A stretch of DNA of 63,880 bases, filler included, from Bipalium vagum (taxonomy: Eukaryota): NCBI GenBank assembly GCA_037834085.1. It is 3 parts of 3 records of this genome, joined end to end, with 100 filler letters (N's around TTAATTAATTAA, not from the genome) between each part and the next. Parts side by side here need not be neighbours in the genome. Positions count along the whole stretch, not along the records: positions 1 to 17,782 come from JBBMKC010051333.1; 2 more parts are not named here. One strand, given 5' to 3'. Positions 1-10,596 of the stretch are shown here, in pieces. The notes beneath the pieces were generated by a model that had not been told where the DNA came from, ran no database searches, and saw only the letters and a list, made by a program, of their open reading frames with translations. How positions within the stretch are numbered: the stretch's first letter is position 1; every line of letters starts with the position of its first letter. A program made the translations under genes and the position numbers.

Positions 1-489
1 CATTTTATTGTGATCCCAGACTTGTGCATTATCTTTTTGAATTTCATTGTATTGTATTTTGGTGTGGTATAAATACACGTGTTGCTTTACTGATTATTTT
101 GATTTGCACCACCTAAGATTTTGGAGTCAGGTTAAATTCGATACCCTAAATATTGAACAAATATATAATTATAATTAATTATAAATATAATCATTATAAA
201 AGTTAATTAATATCATTTGGATTTTCTTGCTCTTGACTATTTCTTTGTCCTTCTAATCTTAAATTTCGGATAGCTGCATTTTTTTCAAATATTTGCCTGA
301 ATTCGTTTTTCAACCATATTCAGATTCTTTTGTTTCATCTTCATGTATTTCTTTTTCCTTCAGTTTTTCTTTAATATCTACGACTAGATTTTAGTTTTTA
401 AATAAGGGAAAAGCTAATCAATTTTCGAAAAAATCATCTTTAGCGCGAGCCACATTTTCATTTTAATACCTATGTCAAGAGACAAGTGT

Positions 490-620
490 CGAACTTGTGG
501 ATCGGAAAACCAAAATTTACTTGAACATACGTATTCTGACCGGATCATGGTTTGGAGCGGATTTTGAGTTAAAGGAGTAATCGGAACTTATTTATTCGAA
601 AATGCAAGTGTAGCCTTTTC
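490..620 (+). mobile_element. Tc1/mariner (rosa/DD41D-like) transposase fragment
   Basis: Translates to IMVWSGF*VKGVIGTYLFEN, resembling the VMVWxG...GVIGPYFFE segment of these transposases. Confidence 0.45.
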
Positions 621-717
621 ACATCTCAGTATGAATTATCCATGTCGGCCCGATATAGTTTTTAAATTATTTCCAAAATAGTACACACAAAACAATTAAG
701 TAACTTTAAAAGAAATG

Positions 718-774
718 CAGTATAATGACACTCCTGGAGAACGGCCAAACTGTCGTTATATAGAGGTTCCACTG
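718..774. mobile_element. pogo/Tigger-like TIR remnant
   Basis: Right end reverse-complements to CAGTGGAACCTCTATATAACGACA; the left end CAGTATAATGACA looks like a deleted copy. Confidence 0.35.
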
Positions 775-1743
775 CATTTTCCGCCTTATCCTAAAAACTC
801 TTACTCCTTCAACATGGTGGCCTCATATTTTCATCAATCTTAACATCATATCATCTCCTTCGATTATTGTATCGTATTCCAGTGAATTTGAAATTTTGTC
901 TAGGAAAATTTACTGAAACGAGCAGTTCTGAGTTGCGACAATTACGGAACTTGTATTTTGGTTAACCAGTAATAGACTAAAAGCATTATTCGACTACATC
1001 GAATTTCATCGAATATAAAAAATTTAATTTTTAAGAATAAAAATTTTCATACAGGTTTTAATAACACGTTTAAGCCTCTTATTTTATTTCTAAATTCATG
1101 GATATTGCAGAGAGACCTCAGCGATGGACAATGTTGATGGTTCTACTAAAAGTCAATACCTAGGTCTTCTTTATACAATATATCGATTTCATTTTAAACC
1201 AAGTATTAAATTAATTATTTTCCTTAGCATTAAATTTTAATCTAATTGAAAAATTATTATTATTTATAATGATTTCATTTACTATTTAAAACAAAGTCAA
1301 ATAGGCGTTCTCACATCGAAATAGGTCCATTTTCTTTGCATAAAACTCCGGCGATAACTTCAAAATCAGAGATAGGAATTAGAAATTTAATTTCAATAAA
1401 TAAATTTGAAGCGGATTTTTCAAAATTATCCTTCTTAACGCAATCTGTTAATAATGAAAATCTATTGATCTATGTGCACAATTTCAGTTATCGACATACA
1501 CGCCACAAGGAAATATTTAAATATTACATATTGGTCAATAAGAAAGGTATTGATTGATACAAAAATGAATTCTGATAGAAAAAATCGTAAAACAAAAAAA
1601 CACAATACTAACAAAAAATCATTAACGATTATAAACATGATTTACTTTTTCACAATCAGCCTTTTTGTCTACTGATAGAAAAATATATTGAATAGAGACC
1701 TATCTAGAGTCAATATATTCGTTGAACCGACTATTGTCACTGT

Positions 1744-4507
1744 TCACTCAATAATCATTAAAATATCTGATAAATCTGAGTGTCTCATCAATTCAGATTT
1801 TGTCATGGCCAAAACCAAACAGTAATGGTCGAACAACTGCTTCATCATTTCCGGATCGTCTAGCATTTCAATTGACTCTATTCTGAATGATACAAAGCCG
1901 TTGTCAGACCCCATAACAGCACAAAAATCAGAATCTGATTACCGTTTCGTGGTTTGCTTTGAGAAAGCTTTGTACACTTCCGAAATCAGCCATATTTTTA
2001 CATCCGGAAAATTGGCTTTCTTAAAACTGATAAATAATCAAAACTTTCAATCAAAAATTTAATTAAGTAAAAATATCAAAAATCAAGCTAGAAATTTTAC
2101 CGATCGATATGTGTCTCTTTGCTGGTACAAGCAGAAATACCGTTCAAGTCAATATGCCTCATCTTCAAATTGGACACCATCATTTTGCCGAAAGCGTCAA
2201 CCATGCTGACCTTGAGTGAAAAGCGTGAAACAACTAATACCATTTCATGAAATTATTTAATTTTGTCATTTATTTTAACTCGATTGATTTCTCAAAATAT
2301 TATTTTAAAATTGATTTTATTGATCTTGTAAATTATAAAATTATTTGTAATTCACTTTTTCAAAAAAATCTTAAATTCATTAACTAATAACAAAAAATAA
2401 TAAGTTTGGCAAAAGAAAATACCATCGAGGTTGATAACAAAAAACAAGATGAGTTTTTGGTACAGTTGAAAGGGATTCAAATGGTTTGTTTCTTGAAGTA
2501 TACTCACGAGATGAGACTTTACTACTACTGATATTCAAATGAATATTAAAAAATGTAGTTTACTCTGATGGATGACATGCCTAGTTAATCTGAAAAATTA
2601 TTCTCGTTGAATTTAACAGCAGTGTTATAATTCATCAAGAAATTTTTGTAAATCTGTTTAACAATAGCAGACGTACTCAAAATATAGGGGATTTTAAAAT
2701 ATAAAAATAAGCATAGCACGAATGGTGTCTTTTAACAATCATATTTAGCTAAATCGAAAAAGGATTTATTTATAGCTGTTACGATTGAAATTTTGGCACT
2801 TATGTAGAATACCCCCCCGCAAAAATTTTTTTGATTTTTTATTAAATAATTTTAATGTTCAATAGAAGTTTCAATCCGGAAAAATTCTTTTTTCCATAAT
2901 TCAATTGGCAATCTAATTGAGTTGATTTATTTCTGGCCAATGATCTAGACAAGCAGAAATTTCTCATGAAGGAATTAAAGCGATCTGACAAAACAATTAT
3001 TGATTGGAAAAATTTTATGAGGTATGTTACCATTGATTATTGTGAATCGCAAACTGGAAAAATTGGTGGGCCCGGAATACTTTTTGAAATCGACGAATGT
3101 CAGATAGTGCGTCGCAAAAATCATGTCGATCATAGTGTTAAAGAACAGTGGATTTTTTGGGGGAGTAGAGCGAGAAACCCGCAAAGTTTTCTACATTCCA
3201 GTAGAAGATCGCACTGCTGACATTTTACTGCAATCTATATTAGATCATATCGAACCTAGAAGTATAATCAATTCTGATCTCTGGAGTTCATATGGGGGAA
3301 TTATGATTTGAATCAAAGATGTACCCATGCAACTGTTTAACTTATAAACACAGTGAGTACTTTGTGGACCCCATAACACTTGCATGCACTAACACCATTG
3401 AGTCAATTTGGCAGAAATTAAAAAATAAGCACCGAGCCAGATATTGTACTCATAGACCTCATTTATATTCGTATATTTCTAGTTGAAATATCAACATAAG
3501 AATAGGCTTTTTGAGACAATTGTGAGCCATATTAACAATATGTATCCTGTAAAAAAATGTATTAAATATCTGGTTTTATTTATTCAAAATTACCACAAAA
3601 ATTTTTTTTTATTCTCCATAAGTGCCAAAATTTTAAGTAATAAATTTATACATGTCTTATTTTAATGATTAATGTCATAAATAATTAACAGCTAAACTAA
3701 AGTTTTACAATATTGTATTTATGAACTAGTGACAGTGATAGAGTTGTTTGGTTAAAATCTTGTCATAGAAAATTAGATAAATAATTATATTACCGGGTCG
3801 TAACATAAAATTGCTGAAGATGAAAAAAAATTGGAAGCCGTCATTAGGAATTTATCGACATCTTCGGAGTTTATGTAAACAAAAACACATTCCGCAATGA
3901 ATAATGTCGGGGAATCGAAGTCAATATTTGCTTCTCTTTTTAAAAGATCGAATAATTGTTCTTGATTAACCCTCAAATCGAAAGAAAACAAATAATATGG
4001 ATCCATGGAGATATTATCTAAAATTTTATCTGATGCTATAAATCTTAATTAATTCTTGAAATGTTAAATATTTTTTACATTTTTGATGAAGTTTTTCTGA
4101 CAGAACTTTTTTTTGTTGGAATTGTGAAATCTTTCTCATTACATTTTCAAGAAGATCTATTTCTACAAATTTCGTTGGAATAATGTTTTCGTCCAATAAT
4201 CTTAGGTACAATGTATCGGATCCACAGCCAACATTAATAATTTGACTATTATTATTGAACTGAATAATTAACAAAAAATAATAACAATTTTATTAATCCT
4301 AACTTTAATAAATTCTTTGGTAATAGCTTCAATTGATTGTGTACGTGCAAAATATCCCCTATTTATTTCAGGAGCTTTCAATCTTTTCTCACAAGTAAAA
4401 TATTTTATATATGGATCTTTCCAATATCCTAATTTAACTGCAGATGTTTTAGCTTCAACAGCATCGATATCTGTAGCTTGAATTGCTCTTTCAGATATAT
4501 TTGACAT
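1744..4507 (-). CDS. LCMT1: Leucine carboxyl methyltransferase 1 (PP2A C-subunit methyltransferase), 6 exons, 319 aa
   Basis: Exons 4507-4304, 4259-4079, 4035-3794, 2210-2101, 2026-1943, 1882-1744; all introns GT-AG with compatible phases, 960 nt total. Recognised motifs: KTSAVKLGYWKDPYI, APEINRGYFART, QIINVGCGSDTLY (SAM motif), PTLFIAECVFVY, DAFGKMMVSNL, IESIEMLDDPEMMKQLFDHYCL. Confidence 0.93.
2795..3626 (+). mobile_element. Merlin superfamily (IS1016/IS1595 ISXO2-like) DNA transposon, degenerate, in LCMT1 intron 3
   Basis: TIRs GGCACTTATGTAGAATA ... TATTCTCCATAAGTGCC (16/17 match, GG...CC ends); 8-bp TSD GAAATTTT/AAAATTTT; frameshifted transposase with KIGGPGILFEIDE, QWIF/GGVERETRKVFYIPVEDRTADIL, IINSDLWSSY, HSEYFVDP..TNTIESIW. 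Confidence 0.88.
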
Positions 4508-5199
4508 TTAAAATTCACGAACGATTCTGGTGTTTAAAACAAGTTATATTTAAAGGAAATTTAATAAACTCAGATTTTCTTTAAAAATTTAATTTTAAAC
4601 TAATTAAAGTAATAAAATTTAGTCTTTTTATATAAAGTGTAATCATAAAAAGGTTATTGGTCTAATATAAGCCTTAATATGTTGTTAAAAATATAATTTG
4701 AAAAATTTATACTAATTATTAATTTTTTAATAATTATTTTCTAGTACATAGTTAAAATATATTTATATTTATTATTAACTTCTTTGGATATTTTTGTATC
4801 AAATTTTTTTTAACATTTTGGTGGATATAGCGGCTATCAGAGTAATTTGAATTAACAATAATTTTACGTTTCCGTCAACATGCTAAGAATTTCTTTTGAT
4901 AATCATAATAAAAAATTTAAATTAAGTTTTATTATCAATTAGTATACGATCATTAATATTAAAAAGTCCTCATCACTTAAATTCAACTTGAAATAATATT
5001 GTATTTCTTAAAAACTAGATTTAGTATTAAACCATTATTTGCGAACATAAATCTACTCCCCACTTAATGGTGTAATGAATCAACTTAAATAGTACAATGG
5101 CTTTATTTTTATACGGTAACTTTTTACTAAGAATAATTACTACTTAAAAATAATTGACTAGGTATAAGTCGGTATTACGTCGTATCTATAAGCTGTCTC

Positions 5200-6500
5200 T
5201 AGTTTCTGGCTCAAAAATGAAAGAGGCCTCGATAGATATACTTAAAAAGAAAAACTGTGTCTCAAAAAAATCATATATACATGTTCTGCTGCTCTTTGTC
5301 TGTTAAAACAATATTTAGAAGTTTCCCTCTGGTTTTCTAAATCATTTTTCTTCCCAATAATTTTGTTGGATTTATCTTTATTTAGTGTGTTGTTGTGGTG
5401 TGGTACTGACAGTAACAGAGGCAACAACAGGCCTGTGTCATTGGCTTGTAGTTAGACAATTGATGTTTGCTAGAAAATTTATCAAATTTGAAGTCAAACC
5501 TTGAGATTATTTAACAGATGGAGTGAAATCATATGATGTCTGGGACAATTTTGTCTATTTTGGTTCATTGACTGAACTTTTTGAGGCAGAGAATTCAGGC
5601 CTACATTTTGAGGGAGATTGAATGACCTTTGTTTTCTCCATTCATTCTTACGAGCAGGATACGCGAGCGAGTGCTGGATCCAAGTGGAAAAGTCTTTGTG
5701 ATTGGGATTTTGATTGGTTAGGAAAATTGGAAATATGGAAAAACATTTTTTCTCAACTGGAATTTGAGGCGCTTCATTATTTTATTTTATGGTTTCTTGT
5801 TTCAAATAAAAGTGAAACCTATTTTATCATAATGTTAATAATAATATAATTCATTTTGTCGATTTATTTTAGTAGAGACTCTCTTTTTCGTTCTAACATT
5901 GATGATTGGTAATAGTAAACAAATAATAATGTTAATATTCAAATAAATATTAACCAAACTAAATTTTATTCTGATTTCAAATTGCAAAATAATGTTTCGT
6001 TCCAATCAATGATTCACCACAAAAAATCAATTAACAATAATATTTTTTTTTATTCATTTTGATTCTAATTGCTTTTGTCCTTGCTCTAGGTTTTGTTGTC
6101 TTCGATTTAACTCTAATTTTTGTTCTCGTTTGGTTCATTATCTTATTTTTCGCTCGTTTTAACTCCAATTTTGTATTCTGCTCGATTTTGTTCGGACGGG
6201 GGAGAATCTAATAGTTGCTTATATACTTTCCAGTTTTTCTCCATCGGCTGATCATTAATCACAGCAGTGATATCTTCCCTCTTCTGCCTTTGCCTACGCA
6301 GAAACTCGGAGCCTCCAGTTATCCAGCTCAACTCGACCTTAGTCGTCTGAAGAGAATAATTGACTCTAAGGCGCTCTCAATACAAAGCTCACAAGTTCTT
6401 TATTTCATTCGCTCCTCTTTTTCATTATAATAATGTCAATCTAGGAGCTTTATTATTCAGCTCGGTTTAAGCGTTTTCAAATAAATAATCAAATAAACAA
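5200..6500 (-). mobile_element. Degenerate retroelement/LTR-like remnant
   Basis: Higher GC and broken ORFs; 6211-6282 is similar to 28620-28691. No diagnostic domain recognised. Confidence 0.3.
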
Positions 6501-7752
6501 GGTTTCCTTAATATCATAAATAAAAATTAATATTTACTTTTTAATATAAAAAAGTGATAATTAAAATGTACCATTTTTCCATTTGTTATAATTTTATTAT
6601 TGTTAAGTTTGTTAATAACGATGAATTTACAAATAATTAACTTTGAGAACTCTGATCGAGCAATTTAACATAAACTGCTTATAACTCAGAAGTTTTTAGT
6701 GCGCGTATGAATGGAGTTAAACTTCGAGTGACAACTTTAATAAAAATCGATTGCAAAATCAACTTTTAAACTTTTAAAAGATAAACTGAGATAGCAAAAT
6801 TGTTTTACTAAAATATGTTTTTTATAAATCTTTAAATTTATTAATATTGTTACAAAATACTTTTTCTCCGTCCTACTTAACATGAAGAATGCAAAAAAAA
6901 AAGATACTGGGAAATCAGTAAAAAATAAAAAAGTGTTGAAGTAGCTGTTCATCATTTAGTATTTACTTAATTTAATAAATTAGCCTTTAAGTTATAATTA
7001 AAAATCGAATTATAGTTAAAAGGGTTTAATTATTTGAGAATCGGTTCACCTAATAATAGTGCGAAACCAAAACCATTTAGTATTATTTAGTTAGTGGGAT
7101 CTGTAATCAAATCTCCATCAATATATTCCTTAAATGCAAGAACAACGGCGAAGAAAGAAAATATAATATTGTATGGCATTGAGTAACTTTTATTTTGATA
7201 CTTTTGTCATTATATTTCATACTCTCATACTCACCAATCAACAATTCAATTTAAATTTAAGAAAATCCATTCAATTCTGAGAAAAATCATTTGTATTTCA
7301 TCCTCTACATTTAATAAATTTTATTGATTATTGTATGATCTCATGTTTTTATGCACTTTTAATATTTAAGTTTTTTATATAAAAAGTAATATGAATTCTT
7401 TCTGGTGCTGATTGAGTTCTTATAATTAATAGGAAAAAATTTCATTTTGATCAGAATTGTTTTATTTATTGTAAATTTTCTTTATACAAATACATATTTT
7501 GAAATGTCATTGTTATTTTAATGTTATTGTTAATTCTATTAAAACTTTATACGTGTGATTGGTACATTTTCTTCACAAACTCATAACTAGGAAGTTAGAT
7601 CAAACAATAAATCTTATACCAAACCCAACAAGGTATCTGTTGTTATCAATTAACTTACTACCACTAACACAGTACATTTTTAGAATAATTTTTATTAAGT
7701 TAAAAAACAACTAAAATTTAAAAGTGTTTTACTTTTAAAATTTCATACATGT

Positions 7753-7975
7753 CAGGTCAGTCCATAAATTCAGGCGTATTGCATTATATCTTTGATTCTT
7801 CAAACCTTTGTCATTTTATGCAGATGGTTTAAAAAACTTCCTGACAGGTGGAAAAAGATTGTAGAAAACGATGGTAATTATTTCCATGAATAAATGTTTC
7901 TTATCGATTTCATTTGCTTTTAATTTTATATTTACATAATATTTATTAATACGCACGAACTTATGGACTGACCTG
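7753..7975 (+). mobile_element. Internally deleted mariner (MITE-like, 223 bp)
   Basis: TIRs CAGGTCAGTCCATAAATTCAGGCGTATT / AATACGCACGAACTTATGGACTGACCTG; only the transposase C-terminus remains (KKLPDRWK...VENDGNYFHE*). Confidence 0.8.
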
Positions 7976-8189
7976 TTACATATACCTTTTAAATGAGTTT
8001 GACAAATGACTGTTTTTAAGCTCTGCATTTTTATCGTCAATTACAAAAGTAATTATTGATATACTTTAGTATTTATCTTTTTATCTTATGAACATATGCT
8101 TAGCGTTTTAATATTAATTTGTTTTTAAAGTATTTGTTTATTTATCTGATGTAAATTGACTTTTTAACTGAAATTAGAAAATTATAAAT

Positions 8190-9243
8190 TACTATGTATT
8201 TTTGAATATGAATTCTGCTCTGCTTGCTTTAAAAAAAAAGCAAGAGACATAAACGAAACGTTGGTAGGAAGATAACTAACGAACTTATAGATCGAGATTA
8301 GTTTAGTGGTTTCTGTATCGGAAAATTTGACTTTATTAGTGACTCACGAGGCCAACCTGAGACAAAGATCAATGATAACAATTTGAAGGCAGTAGTTGAA
8401 ATTTGTCCACTGCAACCTCTGCCACAATTGGCAGCAAGCTTTAGTGAGATCATTAAACTAATACTGTAACCTTTATATGACATTGGTAAAATCAAAAAAT
8501 GAAAAAATAGGTTCCAAGTGCCTTAAAAAATTCTTAGAAAGCAGCTCGTGTTGAAACGAGCTTTGTCATTTTAATTCGCAATCAAAATGAATCAAGTTTG
8601 GAACGGATTAATACATGTGACGAAAAATTGGTCGCATATGATAATTGAAAAAGTGCAACACAATGAATCGAGGTCGGGCATTGAAAAAATAATCCATGGA
8701 AAAAATTAATCCTCAGTGATGATCATTTGTTGATCTTATTCACTACAGTTTTATCGAACCGAATATAACAGTTAAATTTGATACTTATTGAATGGAACTG
8801 CAAATTATGATAGATAAAGTTACAGTGAAGCAGCCAAAATTGATTAATCGATCTACACCATTTTCATTTACACGATAATACTTACCCTCACATTTCCAGA
8901 AGACAATATCAACATTGCGAAAGACAAAATTGAAAACTGTTAAACACCTCCATACTCGCCTGGTCTTGCTCCAACAGATTTACATTTCTTTTGAATTTTG
9001 ATCATTTTATTCAAGGACAACAATTTAAAACACAACAGAGAACATTGAATGAGTATTCTGCAACTTCAACTCAATTTGACTTGAAGATTTTTATCGTAGC
9101 GGTATAAATAAGTTTCCTTCTAAATTTCAAAAGTGTATTGACAATATGGATAAATATTTTGATTAACTAAATTTTGTATGTTTTTCAAAAAACAAATGTG
9201 AATGTTTTGCCATAAATTGGCAATTTCATAGGTAAAAATCTAA
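8190..9243 (+). mobile_element. Degenerate mariner transposon
   Basis: Fragments TCDEKLVAYDN, PYSPGLAPTDLHFF, FQKCIDNMDKYFD; probable right TIR ending CTAA followed by TA; many stops and frameshifts. Confidence 0.8.
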
Positions 9244-9398
9244 TATAATGGTAACTAAAATCAAATTGAAATTCAGAGACAACCAACATAAAAATTAATA
9301 CACATAAATTTATCGATCCAGTGGTCATAAAAAGTAATATTCAAAGGCTTATTAAACATAGAATCATAAAGATGTCATAACCAAAAGTCTTGTTGTTA

Positions 9399-10596
9399 TT
9401 AGGTCGTCTCATAAGTCTTTGCGGTTTTTCATATAGTATTATTTAGTACTGTTAATCCACATTAGTTAAAAATAATTTAATAGCTCAAAATAATATTATT
9501 TAAAGGTGCTTTTATAGAAGATTAATGTGTTCTTACATTATTTATTAAGATTTTTTATTCTTGGAGATGGAATTTACTCAACAAATGATAAGGGTCTGTC
9601 TGCCGTATGAGTCTAAGTGCTGATTAAATGCCAGACCATTTTATGAACGATTATCTATGACTTAATCGAACCTATTAGATTAAGTACATGTAAAAAGGGT
9701 TTAAGAAGTTTCAGAACAAAGATTTCGACATGCAAGCCAAGCCAAGATCAGGTTGATCTGTACAGACAGTTATTGACGACCTAAATAGACTAGTGAAAGA
9801 AGATTCTTTTCGAACAGCCCAGGAATTGGCAAAACTCACGGAAACCTCTAAAGCAAGTGTTCATCGTTATTTAATTCAAATTTGAAAAACTTCTAAATGA
9901 GGCAAATGGATTCCACATGTTTTAGATGAATAGCAAATTTTGAATCGGGTGACAATTTGCACATCTTTGCTCACTCGCCATGATCTAGACCCATTTCTGG
10001 AAAGAGTTGTATGTTGTGTTGAAAAAAGGGTTTTATCCTGAGTGTAAAAAGCAGTTGTTAGGTTTTGGTGATGAACCAATCTCAACGGCTAAACCAGGTC
10101 TTCATTCGAAAAAAAGTTCTTCTCTGTGTGTGGTGGGATATGAAGGGAATAATCGATACGGAGTTCCTAAATTTGGGTGAAACCATCACTAGTGAGGTAT
10201 TATCGGCAATTAAGTAAGCTTACCAGACCATCTCTGCTCAATCGACGAGGCGTTATTCCTCAACAAGATATCTCAAAACCACAGAAATGACTAGAGAGAA
10301 ACTATAAGAGTTTGGCTCGGAAATTCTTCCTCAACCACCATATAGTCCAGATATGGTTCCAACAGATTATTATCTTTTCTTTTCATTACAACACTTCTTA
10401 AAGGAAAAAGAATTCAATAGCAAATGCGCAGTCGAAATTTTCATCTCTGCGTATTTCGCCAGAAAGGACCAGAAGTTCTTCAAGCATGGTATTGAACTTT
10501 TTCCTGAGGGTTGGAAAAAGATAATTGATATATTATCAAATAAAATAAATTTTTGTTCTATACATCTTTTCCGAAAAGACTTATGAGACGACCTAA
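9399..10596 (+). mobile_element. Full-length degenerate mariner transposon
   Basis: TIRs TTAGGTCGTCTCATAAGTCTTT / AAAGACTTATGAGACGACCTAA with TA on both sides; motifs KWIPHVL, LCVWWDMKG, PQPPYSPDMVPTDYYLF; transposase disrupted. Confidence 0.92.

Noticed and set aside
1336-1675. Short plus-strand ORFs downstream of LCMT1
   Set aside because: AT-biased I/K/N/F-rich translations with no recognisable homology; they overlap the likely 3' UTR region in antisense.
2966-3311. Bacterial contamination or recent bacterial IS transfer
   Set aside because: The IS1016-like sequence is decayed, AT-rich and inside a spliceosomal intron; it fits the eukaryotic Merlin superfamily.
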